Shown here one piece after another: positions 17,934-28,667 of a DNA stretch of 64,000 nucleotides. The notes beneath the pieces are model-generated. The model ran no database searches. It worked only from the letters and a program-made list of their open reading frames with translations, and was not told the DNA's origin. Within the stretch, counting starts at the first letter, position 1, and each line of letters starts with the position of its first letter. The stretch is from Candidatus Eiseniibacteriota bacterium (GTDB taxonomy: Bacteria > Eisenbacteria > RBG-16-71-46 > CAZAMP01): the NCBI GenBank assembly GCA_965224245.1, contig OZ245046.1, forward strand, positions 2,656,001 through 2,720,000, in the 5' to 3' direction. A program made the translations under genes and the position numbers.

Positions 17934-20729
17934 TTGAGCCTGTGGCTGATCGCAATCGCGGCGGCGCTCTCCGGCTTCGCCGCGCTCGGCTTCGAGCTGA
18001 TCTGGCTTCGCCGGCTCTCCGAGCTTCTCGGCAGCTCCGTGTACGCGATCAACGTCGTGCTGGCCGTGTTCTTTCTCGGGCTCGGCCTCGGGGCTCGGAT
18101 CGTCGGCCCGATCTCGGACGGGCGCGCTCGCGGTCGCGTCAGCCTCTTCGCGATCCTCGAGGGGATCATCGCGCTGGCCGGTTTGACCTTCCTCCCGCTC
18201 TCCATCGGCCTGGAGCGGGCGTACGACGCGCTGACACCCGCCGAGTGGCCGTTCGCGGCAGGGCTCGCGGTCAAGGCGATCGTGGCGGCGCTCGCACTGT
18301 GCGTACCGACCCTGGCCATGGGCGGCACGTTGCCGGCCCTCGTGCGACTGACCGATCGACGCCCCCTGACGGTGCGATCGCGTCTCGGGCTTCTGTACGG
18401 CCTGAACACCGCGGGCGGCGCGCTCGGTGTGCTGGTCACGCTCTTCGCGACGCTGCCGGTCGGTGGGACCGACCTGGCGATCGCGACGGCGGTGACCGCC
18501 AACCTGGGCGCGATCGCGCTGGCCTGGCTGGGCACGCGGGTCGGGTCGGCCGCCGAGCCACGTCCGGCCGCGGAGCGCACGCTCGCACACGAGCCGTCGA
18601 TCCCCTCCACGACGGCCGGGGCGGAGCGCCTCTCGCCGCGATCGGCCGGCGGCGGCGACCCGATGCTGATCGCGGCCGCGTTCGTGTCGGGACTCGTCAG
18701 CGTCTCGCTGGAGGTCGCCTGGACGCGCGCGCTCTCGGCTCGGTTCCTGGGAACGGTGTACAGCTTCGGGGCCATCCTCTTCGTCTATCTCGCGCTGATC
18801 GGCGTCGGCTCGGTGGTGCTCGGCGGGATCGGCCGCTCGGTGCGGCTCGGCCGGCGTGCCTACGTCATGCTGACGCTGGCGGCGGGCGTGGCCGCCCTGG
18901 CCTCGGTTCCGCTCCTGGGCATGGTGCCCACCGATCTCTCGTACGGTGCGCTGCCCACGCTCGCCGGCCGGCTTCGACACGAGCTGATGATGGCCATCCT
19001 GGTGATGTCTCCCTCTCTCCTTCTGTTCGGGCTGGGCTTCCCCCTCCTCGTGGATCTCTTTCAGCGCGGTACGTCGGTGCTCGGACGCGACCTCGGCCGG
19101 ATCTATCTCGCGAACACGCTGGGAGCGGTCACCGCGCCGCTCGTGGTCGGGCTGGCGGTGCTCCCGGCGATCGGGCTGCGTCACACGTTTCTCGCGGTGT
19201 CGATCGGGGCGATCGTGTTCGCGGCGGGCCCCCTCGCCCGCTGGGCGGCACTGTCGCGGCCGACCCGGGCGCTGACCGGCGTCGCCGCGCTGGCCGCGAT
19301 CACGATTCTCTGGATGGCGGCGCCGGCCGACCTCAGGCTCTGGCAGCACGGTCCACAGGATCGCCTGATCGCCTACCGGGACGGACGGAGCGCCACGATC
19401 TCGGTCGCGATGGAGCCCGACAGCACCGTCTTCCTGAAGGTCGACAACAACTACCGCCTGGGCGACACCCGCACGCGGTTCGCGCAGCAGCGACAAGGTC
19501 TGCTGCCGCTGCTGCTTCACCCGGATCCCGGACGCGCGCTCTTCATCGGCGTGGGAACCGGCGCGTCGGCGGGAGCCGCCGCGGAGTTCGGGGACGTGGC
19601 CGTGGACGCGCTCGACCTTCTGCCCGAGCTCATGGACTTCCTCCCGTATTTCGCGTCGATCAACTTCGATCTGGCTGAGAAGGCACGTGCCGACGACGAC
19701 GTTCGCGTGCTCGCGGTGGACGCGCGTCACTACGTGAGAACGACGTCGCGACGCTACGACGTGGTCGTCGGCGATCTCTTCGTCCCGTGGCGCGCCGGCG
19801 AGGGACAGATGTACGCCCGCGAGCACATCGAGGCGGTGCGGGACGTGCTCGCGTTCGGTGGGATCTTCTGCCAGTGGCTGCCCGGCTATCAGCTTCGCAT
19901 CGACGAGACCCGGACGATCGTGGCGACGTTTCTGGATGTGTTCCCGAGCACGCTCGTGTTCTGGCTGTACTTCAATGCCGCCGAGCCCGCGATCGGACTG
20001 GTCGGATCGATGGACCCGCTGGCCTTCGATCCCGTCGCGCTGGCCGAGCGCATGAACGCGGGGACGCGTCACGTGCTCCTGCACGGCGTCGGGCTGGGAG
20101 GGGTCCGCGAGGTGTTCGGCGGGTTCGTCGCCGGCCGCGATTCCCTCGCGGCCTGGAGCGGCGATCGACCGCTCGATACCCGGCGACATCCGATCATCGA
20201 GTTCTCCGCGCCCATCGGACGCTTCGGAGACGAGACCGAACGGAGCCGCGCGCACGTCGTCGAGATGTTGAAGCTGACCACGCCCCTCGGCCGCGAGCCG
20301 TCGTTCGCGGCGGTCACCCCGAGCACGCGCACGGCGCTCGAGCAGTACCAGCGCGGCGTCGCACACTACATGCGTGGCCGGCATGCGACGCTGTACACCA
20401 GAAACCTGCCGGTCGCGATCGCGTCCCACGCCAGGGCGTTCCTCGACATTCCCGACAGCCGCCTCATGTCCGGGTTTCTGGAGGGGGTCGTGCGCGAGGC
20501 ACTCGAGTCCGGTGCGTTCCAGGCGGCGGAGCCGGGAATCGACGCGCTCGAGAACGTGGCTGCCACGGCCTACCTGGGGCACTACCTCGCCGCCGAGAGC
20601 GCCGTCCGCCAGCGCGACGTGGAGACGGCGATCGCCGAGCTGGATCTCGCGATCCGGATCAACCCCGATCACCGGCCGAGCCTCCACCTGCGCGAGCTCC
20701 TGACCACTGGTGGCGCGGAGGGCCCATGA
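17934..20729 (+). CDS. Fused MFS-like membrane domain / spermidine synthase-like SAM-dependent transferase with C-terminal TPR (start uncertain: 17910 or 17934)
   Basis: SGFAAL.FE..W.R.L...LGS.VY and G.LY..NT.G repeated twice, IGVGTG, DARHY, YDVVVGD and GG..CQWLP. TPR-like tail. Confidence 0.85.
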   Translation: MSLWLIAIAAALSGFAALGFELIWLRRLSELLGSSVYAINVVLAVFFLGLGLGARIVGPISDGRARGRVSLFAILEGIIALAGLTFLPLSIGLERAYDALTPAEWPFAAGLAVKAIVAALALCVPTLAMGGTLPALVRLTDRRPLTVRSRLGLLYGLNTAGGALGVLVTLFATLPVGGTDLAIATAVTANLGAIALAWLGTRVGSAAEPRPAAERTLAHEPSIPSTTAGAERLSPRSAGGGDPMLIAAAFVSGLVSVSLEVAWTRALSARFLGTVYSFGAILFVYLALIGVGSVVLGGIGRSVRLGRRAYVMLTLAAGVAALASVPLLGMVPTDLSYGALPTLAGRLRHELMMAILVMSPSLLLFGLGFPLLVDLFQRGTSVLGRDLGRIYLANTLGAVTAPLVVGLAVLPAIGLRHTFLAVSIGAIVFAAGPLARWAALSRPTRALTGVAALAAITILWMAAPADLRLWQHGPQDRLIAYRDGRSATISVAMEPDSTVFLKVDNNYRLGDTRTRFAQQRQGLLPLLLHPDPGRALFIGVGTGASAGAAAEFGDVAVDALDLLPELMDFLPYFASINFDLAEKARADDDVRVLAVDARHYVRTTSRRYDVVVGDLFVPWRAGEGQMYAREHIEAVRDVLAFGGIFCQWLPGYQLRIDETRTIVATFLDVFPSTLVFWLYFNAAEPAIGLVGSMDPLAFDPVALAERMNAGTRHVLLHGVGLGGVREVFGGFVAGRDSLAAWSGDRPLDTRRHPIIEFSAPIGRFGDETERSRAHVVEMLKLTTPLGREPSFAAVTPSTRTALEQYQRGVAHYMRGRHATLYTRNLPVAIASHARAFLDIPDSRLMSGFLEGVVREALESGAFQAAEPGIDALENVAATAYLGHYLAAESAVRQRDVETAIAELDLAIRINPDHRPSLHLRELLTTGGAEGP

Positions 20730-22072
20730 GCGATCGAGGCATCCCGGCCGGGCCGGGCACGCCGCCCCGGCCGCGCATGCGGGCCGTGGTCGGCTGGGTG
20801 ACGTACGACCTGGCCAACACGATCTTCTCGCTCAACATCGTCTCGCTCTACTTCTCGCTGTGGGTCGTGAACGTGATGCACGGCCGGGACTCGGACTACG
20901 CGCTGGCCAACGGCGCGTCGATGGCCGTCATCTTCGTCCTTTCGCCGTTCGTCGGCGCGTTCTCCGACCAGCTCTCGCGCCGGAAGCCGCTCCTCCTCTG
21001 CGCGACGCTTACCTGCGTCGCGGCCACGCTCGTGCTGGGCCGGGTCGGCCTCGGGCTCTCACTGGTCGTGTACGCGATCGCCAACATCGCCTATCAGGTC
21101 GGACTGCAGATCTACGACGCGCTGCTGCCCGCCGTGTCCACGCCCGAGAACCGCGGCCGGATCGGCGGCATCGGCATCGGGCTCGGCTACGTCGGTGCGA
21201 TCGTGGGCCTCGTCGTGGGGCGCGCGCTCCTCGGCGACGTGGACGCGCTGGCTCCGGACGCCGCGACCGGGCGATACGTGCTCGTGTTCGGGGCGAGTGC
21301 GCTTCTGTTCCTCGCGTTCTCGACGCCGCTCTTCGCGTGGGTCGAGGAGCATCCTCGACGGGGCGCGCGCCGGAGCGCGCCCACCGGGGCCGGAGCCACC
21401 CCGAGCACGCCGCCCGGTGCACCACGGGCGCGACACGCGCTGCGCGACGCGATCGAGGCCGCGCTGGAGACGCTGCGTCACGCGCGAGGACATCCGGGGC
21501 TCGTTCGCTTCCTCGTGGGGCGTGCCTTCTACACCGACGCGGTGAACACCGTCATCGCGTTCATGGGCATCTACGTGACGACGGCGGTCGGCTTCACGTC
21601 GGCCGAGTCCCAGATCGTGCTCCTGGTCGCGATCGTGTGCGCCGCCCTCGGCGGGTTCCTGTGGGGGCGGATCGTGGATCTCGCGGGGCCGCATCGCACG
21701 CTCCGGCTCGTGCTCGTGCTGTGGATCGGCGTGTTCGCGTGGGCGGCGTCGGTGGGCCTGTTCGCGCTCCCGCCGGCCTGGTTCTGGCCGGTTCCCGCGC
21801 TGGCCGGGATCGCGCTCGGCGGTACGTGGGTGGCCGATCGACCGCTGATGCTCGGTCTCGCGCCGGCCGATCGCATCGGAGAGTTCTTCGGGCTCTACGG
21901 AATGGTCGGGCGCTTCTCGGCGATCACCGGTCCGCTCTTGTGGGCGTTCGTGGCCGAGACGCTGGGGCTTGGCCGTCCGGCGGCCGTTCTGACCCTGCTC
22001 GGCTTCGTGATCGTCGCCACCGCCATTCTGTGGACACCGTTCACTACCCTTCCGGCCCGGGATGGGTCATGA
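20726..22072 (+). CDS. MFS transporter (UMF1/ATG22-like)
   Basis: W..YD.AN, G..SD...RRK, YDALLP, R.G...G.G.G.GY and EFFGLY. About 12 TM segments. Confidence 0.88.
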   Translation: MSDRGIPAGPGTPPRPRMRAVVGWVTYDLANTIFSLNIVSLYFSLWVVNVMHGRDSDYALANGASMAVIFVLSPFVGAFSDQLSRRKPLLLCATLTCVAATLVLGRVGLGLSLVVYAIANIAYQVGLQIYDALLPAVSTPENRGRIGGIGIGLGYVGAIVGLVVGRALLGDVDALAPDAATGRYVLVFGASALLFLAFSTPLFAWVEEHPRRGARRSAPTGAGATPSTPPGAPRARHALRDAIEAALETLRHARGHPGLVRFLVGRAFYTDAVNTVIAFMGIYVTTAVGFTSAESQIVLLVAIVCAALGGFLWGRIVDLAGPHRTLRLVLVLWIGVFAWAASVGLFALPPAWFWPVPALAGIALGGTWVADRPLMLGLAPADRIGEFFGLYGMVGRFSAITGPLLWAFVAETLGLGRPAAVLTLLGFVIVATAILWTPFTTLPARDGS

Positions 22073-22145
22073 TCGCCGGTTCCTCGAGCAACGGTCGCCA
22101 GCCGGCTCGTCGCTCGATCGCTTCGCCACTCGAGGAGATGACGCC

Positions 22146-23198
22146 ATGATGCCGATCTCACCCTTCCGACGGCTCGCCACGTCCCTGGGGACGCTCACCG
22201 TCGCCGCGGCGATCGCCGCGCTCCTCGGGAGCTGTGGCGGCAAGCAGGTCGGCGACGACACGATGGACACCGTCCCGCCGGACGTCTCCGACGAGATGCT
22301 CGACGAGATCGCGGCCGTCGAGCCCCCGTCGCCCACGCGCCGTCCGTACCTGTGGCTGGTCGAGAGCGACCCGCCGGCGTTCCTGTTCGGGACGATCCAC
22401 GTGCCCGACGAGCGGGTGCTCGCCCTTCCCGACGTGGTCATCGCGGCGCTCGAGGCCGCCGACGTGATCTACACCGAGATCCCGATGGATCAGGCCACGC
22501 AGACGGCGGCGGCAACGCGGATGATGCGCAGTGACGGATCGACGCTGAAAGAGGAGCTGGCACCCGAGCTCTACGCGCGCTGCGGGGCCTACGTATCGGC
22601 GCGCGGCCTCTCGCTGGAGATGTTCGGCACGTTCAAGACGTACGCGATCGCGACGCAGCTGGTGATGCTCGATTACCTGCCCAAGCTGATGGCGGGCGCC
22701 CAGCCGCTCGACGCGATGCTGGCATCCGAGGCCACCGAGCGCGGTCAGGACACCGACGCGATCGAGACCGTGGACGAGCAGATCGCCGTGTTCGAGGCGC
22801 TGACGGTGCCCGAGCAGGCGCTCCTGCTCGAACAGACGCTCGACTATCTGGAGGCCGAGGGCGAGATCTCCGCCCTGGAGAAGCTCGTGCGCCTCTACCT
22901 GCACGGCGACGTAGACGTGCTCGGGACGTACATGAACGAGTACATGATGGAGCACGGCGAGCTCGCCACGAAGCTCGAGAAGCTCCTCCTCACCGACCGC
23001 AACCACCTCATGGCCGAACGGATCGACGCGCTCCTCGACGAGGACGGGGACACCGTACGGTTCTTCGCGATCGGTGCCGGCCACTATGCGGGTGAGACCG
23101 GTCTGACCCGGCTGCTGGCCGGGAAGGGGTACAAGATCCGCCGCCTGACCGTCGACGACGCGGCCGAGATCCCCGAGCGGCTGAAGGACGCCTCGTAG
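22146..23198 (+). CDS. TraB/GumN family lipoprotein
   Basis: Lipobox LLGSC, FLFGTIH, E...EQ, LL.DRN..M and FFAIGAGH. Confidence 0.9.
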   Translation: MMPISPFRRLATSLGTLTVAAAIAALLGSCGGKQVGDDTMDTVPPDVSDEMLDEIAAVEPPSPTRRPYLWLVESDPPAFLFGTIHVPDERVLALPDVVIAALEAADVIYTEIPMDQATQTAAATRMMRSDGSTLKEELAPELYARCGAYVSARGLSLEMFGTFKTYAIATQLVMLDYLPKLMAGAQPLDAMLASEATERGQDTDAIETVDEQIAVFEALTVPEQALLLEQTLDYLEAEGEISALEKLVRLYLHGDVDVLGTYMNEYMMEHGELATKLEKLLLTDRNHLMAERIDALLDEDGDTVRFFAIGAGHYAGETGLTRLLAGKGYKIRRLTVDDAAEIPERLKDAS

Positions 23199-23454
23199 CG
23201 CGCGTGGCACCATAACGGCGCTTCGGACATGCCGTTCGGTACGTGAGCGTCGCGCGCCTCGGCGCGCGACGTCGGCCGCCGCGCGCACGCCGCACCGGTG
23301 GCCCCGATTTTGCCGCCCGATCCGGTCTCTGGATCGCGTATGATCGTCGCGTGACGTTCCCCGAATCACACTCGCTGACATGACGCCCGCCGGCGGCCGG
23401 TCCGGCGCACTCTCCGATGTCGATGGCGTGTTCGGCACGCGAAGGAGGTTCCGA

Positions 23455-24906
23455 ATGACCTTGAGGTCCGTGGTCCAAGGCGCGCTCGCGACCGCACTCG
23501 TCGCGACCACCGTCGGCCCGAACTCCGCCTCGGCGGTGACCTCGGTTCGAATCAACAACACGCTCTCGAATCCGCTCTACGTCTGCGCCCCACCGGGCGA
23601 CGAGCGGATCTTCGTCGTACAGCAGACGGGCGAGATCGTGATCTTGAATCAGACGGGGACCGAGATCGCGACGTTCCTGGACATCGATCCTCTGGTGCTG
23701 ACCAGCGGAGAGCGCGGCCTCCTCGGCATGGCGTTCTCGCCGACCTACGAGACCGACCGGCTCTTTTACGTGAACTACACCAACAACTCCGGCAGCACGG
23801 TCATCGCGCGCTACCAGACGGACGCGGCCGACCCGAACCAGGCCGACCCCGGGTCGGCCGAGATCCTCTTGACGATCGCGCAGCCGTTCTCGAACCACAA
23901 CGGCGGCCGGATCCTGTTCGGCTCCGACGGTTATCTGTACATCGGCATGGGCGACGGGGGATCGGGCGGCGATCCCGGCAACCGCGCACAGACCCTGTCC
24001 CAGATCCTGGGGAAGATCCTCCGCATCGACGTGAGCGGCGGGCTCGGCTCGGGGTACTCGGTTCCGCCCAGCAATCCGTTCGCCGACGGCGGCGGCCTGG
24101 GCGAGATCTGGGCGTACGGCATCCGGAACCCGTGGGGCATGGACTTCGATCCCGACACCGGCGACTTCTACTTCTGCGACGTCGGCCAGAACGCGTGGGA
24201 AGAGCTGAACGTCGAGCCCGCCGGCGACCCCGGCGGCCTCAACTACGGCTGGCGCGTGATGGAAGGCACGCACTGCTACAACCCGCCCTCGGGCTGCAAC
24301 ACGAGCGGCAAGGTCCTTCCCGTGCACGAGTACTCGCACAGCCTCGGGTGCTCGGTGACCGGCGGTATGGTCTATCGCGGCTCGATCGCCGAGATCGACG
24401 GTCACTACTTCTTCGCCGACTACTGCAGCCGTCGCATCTGGAGCTTCGTGTGGGACGGTGGGGGCGGCATCTCTAGCCTCGTCGAGCGGACGTCCGAGCT
24501 GGTCCCCGACGTGGGCATCATCTCCAGCATCGTCGGCTTCGGCCGCGACGGCTTCGGCGAGATGTACATCTGCGACCACGGCGGCGAGCTGTTCAAGGTG
24601 ATCGAGGACCCGGTCTCGGTGCCCGACACGACGCCGCTGCGTCCGGACGTCGTCCGCGCGGCACCGAACCCGTTCAAGGGCGTCACGAAGATCTCGTTCG
24701 GCATGGAGCCGGGTGTCGAGGTGAGCGTGACCATCCTCGACACGCAGGGCCGCGTCGTGCGCTCGCTGTACGAGGGCGTGGTCGCGGGCGAGCTCGCCTG
24801 GGACGGCCGTGACGACACGGGTCGCGAGATGGCCGCGGGGATCTACCTGGTCCGCGTGGAGGCCGACGGCATCACGACGCAGAGCCGGGTGACGCTCTTC
24901 AAGTAG
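23455..24906 (+). CDS. PQQ-dependent sugar dehydrogenase (glucose/sorbosone dehydrogenase family) with C-terminal FlgD-Ig domain
   Basis: ERGLLG.AF, NHNGG...FG.DGYLYI..GDGG, GKILRID, G.RNPW, DVGQ...EE and NYGW. C-terminal APNPF...WDGRD..G....AGIY. Confidence 0.92.
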   Translation: MTLRSVVQGALATALVATTVGPNSASAVTSVRINNTLSNPLYVCAPPGDERIFVVQQTGEIVILNQTGTEIATFLDIDPLVLTSGERGLLGMAFSPTYETDRLFYVNYTNNSGSTVIARYQTDAADPNQADPGSAEILLTIAQPFSNHNGGRILFGSDGYLYIGMGDGGSGGDPGNRAQTLSQILGKILRIDVSGGLGSGYSVPPSNPFADGGGLGEIWAYGIRNPWGMDFDPDTGDFYFCDVGQNAWEELNVEPAGDPGGLNYGWRVMEGTHCYNPPSGCNTSGKVLPVHEYSHSLGCSVTGGMVYRGSIAEIDGHYFFADYCSRRIWSFVWDGGGGISSLVERTSELVPDVGIISSIVGFGRDGFGEMYICDHGGELFKVIEDPVSVPDTTPLRPDVVRAAPNPFKGVTKISFGMEPGVEVSVTILDTQGRVVRSLYEGVVAGELAWDGRDDTGREMAAGIYLVRVEADGITTQSRVTLFK

Positions 24907-24941
24907 GTCTCGCAACCATCGCGAGACGAGCGCCGATCGAC

Positions 24942-24969
24942 GGCGCGGTCGCCAGAGGGCGACCGCGCC
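24942..24969. terminator. GC-rich hairpin between convergent genes (possible bidirectional terminator)
   Basis: Perfect 12-bp inverted repeat GGCGCGGTCGCC-AGAG-GGCGACCGCGCC. A second small hairpin lies at 24907-24927. No U-tract. Confidence 0.5.
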
Positions 24970-25036
24970 CCTGCCTCTCGTCACCTTCGCGGGTCGTGCT
25001 CAGGCGAACCGAGCCGCACCGCGCGGCGGATCCGGA

Positions 25037-25795
25037 TCACGGGTTCGCGAAGACTCCGATCATGGCTCCCAGGGGATCGGCGAACACCGAGAAGCGCCCC
25101 GTGCCCGGGATGTTCGTGGGGGGCACGAACACCTGCGCCCCGGCCGCGGTGGCCCGGGCCACCGTCTCGTCGGTGTCGGTGACCACGACGTAGTAGAGCC
25201 AGTGCGACGGCACGGATACCCCCGGCGGCATCGGCATCAGTCCCGCGGCATCGGTCTCTCCCCGCTTGAAGACGGTGTACGTCGTGCCGTCGGGCATCGG
25301 GGTCCGGCCCTCGGACCAGCCGAAGAGCTCGTTGTAGAACATCACCGCCGCGGCCGGATCCTGTGCGTTGTACTGCTGCCAGCCGAAGTGCCCCACCGGC
25401 GCGGGTCCTCGCCGCTCGGGCGGCGGTATCGTGGCGAACGTGATCGGCGCGATCGTCCCGCCCTGGGGATCGGCGAGCACGGCGAGCCGCCCCACCGACG
25501 CGACGTCGATCGGGCCGGCCAGGCGCTCGGCGCCCGCGGACGTCGCGCGGGTGATCGCGTGGTCGACCCCGTCGACCATCACGTAGCCCAGCCAGTGAGG
25601 TGGCGCCTCGACCAGGTCCGACAGCGGGAACACCCCACCGATGCTGGTCTCTCCGGACCAGATCGTGTGGTACGGGCGATCGGCGAGGTGCGTCTCCTCG
25701 ATGCGCCAGTCGAACAGGTCGGAGTAGAACGCGATCGTACGCTCCACGTCGGGCGTCAGGGCCTCGTACCAGACGAAACGAGCAGTGTCCGACAT
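25037..25795 (-). CDS. VOC family (glyoxalase/bleomycin resistance) two-domain protein
   Basis: Two repeats of W.E/Q.......A..FY..LF.W ... W..Y..V.D.D ... GR.A...DP.G. Confidence 0.9.
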   Translation of the reverse strand: MSDTARFVWYEALTPDVERTIAFYSDLFDWRIEETHLADRPYHTIWSGETSIGGVFPLSDLVEAPPHWLGYVMVDGVDHAITRATSAGAERLAGPIDVASVGRLAVLADPQGGTIAPITFATIPPPERRGPAPVGHFGWQQYNAQDPAAAVMFYNELFGWSEGRTPMPDGTTYTVFKRGETDAAGLMPMPPGVSVPSHWLYYVVVTDTDETVARATAAGAQVFVPPTNIPGTGRFSVFADPLGAMIGVFANP

Positions 25796-25813
25796 CGTGC
25801 GGCCTCCAGATCG

Positions 25814-27292
25814 TCACGGGCTCTCGAGCGCATCGCGACGTCCCGCGTCGGCGAGCGCTCGCCGCACCCACGGCAGTAGCACGTAGGCGGGGAATCCGAG
25901 AAAGAACGTCAACAGGAAGTACGGCGCGTATCCGAGCGACTCGGCCCCGAACCCGCTGACCAGCCCCGCCACCGAACGGCTGAGCGCGAAGAACGCGGAC
26001 AGGATCGCATACTCGCTGGCCGAATTCTTGCGTGAGACGATCGCCATCAGAAACGCCAGGAACGCGCCGGTCCCCAGCCCGCCGGTGAACGACTCGATCA
26101 CGCTGGCGGTGTACATCACGCGGGCGGTCGCGAAGGTCACCTCGCCCTCGGGGACGGGAACGATCACGTACGCCGCATAGGCATACCCGAGGTTCGAGGC
26201 GGCCTGCAACAGCCCCAGCGACCAGAGCCCGCGGAAGATCCCCACCCGGTCGGTGATCATGCCGCCGACGACCCCTCCGAGAATGGACAGCCAGATGCCC
26301 ACGTTGACCGAGACGAGCCCGATCTGGGTGGCGGTGAAGCCGGAGTCCACCCAGAAGGGCTTCACCATGAAGCCCATCGCGGTGTCCGAGAGCTTGAAGA
26401 TCAGGATAAACACGACCACGGGGATGATCCCCGGCCTCGACAGCACCTCCATCAGGGATCCGAACATCACGCCCTCGGACAGCCGCACCTCGTCGCGGCG
26501 ATCCCGGGCCGACGCCAGGAGCGCGCTGCCGCCCAGGAGCGCCGCCGAGGCCCCGAGCGCGATCCACCAGAACCGGGGCTCGTCGCGTGACCACTTCGCC
26601 CCCTGGTCGGCCAGCCACACGATCACCAGCAGAAACGCCAGCACGAGCGCCACCGCGCCCGGGCGGGCGACGAGCGCCGCCCATTCGCGTCCGATGCTGA
26701 CCCGGGCCTTTCGGACGACGTCACGCTCCAGGGGCGCTGTCAGGCAGACGCTCCCCAGCGCCACCAGCAGCACCGAGGTGACCAGGTAGATCTGCCACCA
26801 CTCGAGCCAGCGGTCGAGGACGAGGAGGAGACCCGCGAACGACATCGCCACGCGGTACGCGGCGATGCGAAGCCCGTTGCCCAGCCCCAGGAGCCGTCGC
26901 TCCAGGTGCTCGATCGAGTAGCCGTCGATCGCGATGTCGTTCGTGGCCGACAGAATCGTGAATGCAGCGATCGCGATCCAGGTGCCGGGGCCGAACGTGC
27001 CCGAGAGCGCGACCGTGACCAGGACCAGCGCCATCCCGAGATCGGCGCCGAACATCCAGCGCCGGTGGTGGCGGTAGCGGTCAACGGCGGGGGCCCAGAG
27101 CACCTTGACCGTCCACGCCAGCCCCAGGAGGCTCATGAACCCGATCTTCCAGAGCTCGACGCCTTCCTGGCGGAAATGGACCGGGAACAGGTCGTAGAAG
27201 ATCCCCAGCGGGAGCCCCTCGGCGAAGTAGAGGATCGCGATCCAGAACAGGAATCGGCGACCAGGGCGTCGGGACTCGTCTGCGTCGTGCAT
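25814..27292 (-). CDS. AmpG-family muropeptide MFS transporter
   Basis: LYFAEGLP.G, W..K.LWAP.VD, SATNDIAIDGY, FKL.D and SA.EYA.LS. Confidence 0.8.
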   Translation of the reverse strand: MHDADESRRPGRRFLFWIAILYFAEGLPLGIFYDLFPVHFRQEGVELWKIGFMSLLGLAWTVKVLWAPAVDRYRHHRRWMFGADLGMALVLVTVALSGTFGPGTWIAIAAFTILSATNDIAIDGYSIEHLERRLLGLGNGLRIAAYRVAMSFAGLLLVLDRWLEWWQIYLVTSVLLVALGSVCLTAPLERDVVRKARVSIGREWAALVARPGAVALVLAFLLVIVWLADQGAKWSRDEPRFWWIALGASAALLGGSALLASARDRRDEVRLSEGVMFGSLMEVLSRPGIIPVVVFILIFKLSDTAMGFMVKPFWVDSGFTATQIGLVSVNVGIWLSILGGVVGGMITDRVGIFRGLWSLGLLQAASNLGYAYAAYVIVPVPEGEVTFATARVMYTASVIESFTGGLGTGAFLAFLMAIVSRKNSASEYAILSAFFALSRSVAGLVSGFGAESLGYAPYFLLTFFLGFPAYVLLPWVRRALADAGRRDALESP

Positions 27293-27445
27293 GCGCGGTA
27301 CCTTAAGTCGGACCCCCGCCCCATTCAACGCCGGAGCCGGACACGCCGCATCATTCCTGGGTACATACGAAAGAGCGGGCCGCCGGCGCGGGGGTCGACT
27401 AAGATCCCGGCTCCAGGGGCGGTACGAAGATCCCGGTCCGGAGGT

Positions 27446-27474
27446 TTGGTACGGCCCTGCCGACCTGCTAAGGT
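27446..27474 (+). promoter_or_regulatory. Putative sigma70 promoter for the peptide ABC operon (TTGGTA-17-TAAGGT with TG extension)
   Basis: Motif read directly upstream of 27615. Confidence 0.35.
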
Positions 27475-27614
27475 TCCCGGTCGCAACGTATTCTGATGGG
27501 AGCGGGCGGGCGTGACCGGACCAGTCGGTCCGGCGGGTCCGAGGATCGACTCGTTCGTGGCGGTGGCCGATCGGCCGATGCCCCGGCCGATGCACGAAGG
27601 GAAGCACCAGATCG

Positions 27615-28667
27615 ATGGCAAAGTCGCGAGGGCACGCGCTTCGAAACTACGTCATCCGGCGTCTCTTCCTGATGATCCCCACGTTCATCGGCATCACCAT
27701 GGTCGTGTTCCTCCTGTGTCAGTTCGTGCCCGGCGGACCGATCGATCAGATCCGGCTCCAGCTCGCCGGCGGCGGCGTCACCGGAGAGTCCGGACAGAGC
27801 GGCGGGCGCACCTCGATGTCGGCCGACATCCCCGAGCGCCAGCTGAACCTCCTGAACGAGTACTACGGGTTCGATCTCCCGCCCATCTTCCGGTATCTGC
27901 GCTACCTGGGTCAGGTCGTGCGCTTCGATCTGGGCGACAGCTTCGCGTACACCCAGCCGGTCGAGAACCTGATCCTGTCCCGGATGCCGGTCTCGCTGTT
28001 CTACGGAGGGATCAGCGTCGTCCTGACGTATCTCGTGTGCATACCGCTGGGCGTGCTGAAGGCGATCAAGCACAAGACGTTGATCGACACCGGGACGTCG
28101 CTCGCGATCTTCATCGCGTACTCCATTCCCGGGTATGCGCTCGGCGTCGTGCTGCTGGCGCTGTTCGCGGTGCAGCGTGAGTGGTTCCCGCTCTCCGGAT
28201 TCACCAGCAGCGATTTCTCGACCCTCGACACCTTCGGCAAGATCAAGGACATCGCCCACCACGCCGTCCTGCCTCTCATCTGCTGGACGCTGCACCTGTT
28301 CGCGCTGATGACCCTGCTGATGAAGAACAGCCTGATGGAGAACATGGGCGCCGACTACGTCAAGACGGCACTGGCCAAGGGTCTCACCTGGCCGCGAGCC
28401 GTCTTCGTGCACGCGCTCCGGAACTCGCTGATCCCGCTCGCCACGAGCTTCGGGAACAACATCAGCTTCGTGATGGCGGGCTCGATCCTCCTGGAGACGG
28501 TGTTCGGCATCCCCGGGATGGGCCTGCTCGCGTTCGACTCGCTGTTGAACCGGGACTACCCGGTGGTGATGGGGCTCACGGTCGTCAACGCGATGCTGCT
28601 CCTGGTCGGCAACCTCCTGTCGGATCTGACCGTCGCCGCCGTCGATCCCCGGGTGAGGTTCGAGTGA
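27615..28667 (+). CDS. Peptide ABC transporter permease (YejB/OppB-like)
   Basis: YVIRRL..MIPT, PGGP, and EAA loop DYV.TA.AKGL......HALRNSLIP. Confidence 0.92.
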   Translation: MAKSRGHALRNYVIRRLFLMIPTFIGITMVVFLLCQFVPGGPIDQIRLQLAGGGVTGESGQSGGRTSMSADIPERQLNLLNEYYGFDLPPIFRYLRYLGQVVRFDLGDSFAYTQPVENLILSRMPVSLFYGGISVVLTYLVCIPLGVLKAIKHKTLIDTGTSLAIFIAYSIPGYALGVVLLALFAVQREWFPLSGFTSSDFSTLDTFGKIKDIAHHAVLPLICWTLHLFALMTLLMKNSLMENMGADYVKTALAKGLTWPRAVFVHALRNSLIPLATSFGNNISFVMAGSILLETVFGIPGMGLLAFDSLLNRDYPVVMGLTVVNAMLLLVGNLLSDLTVAAVDPRVRFE

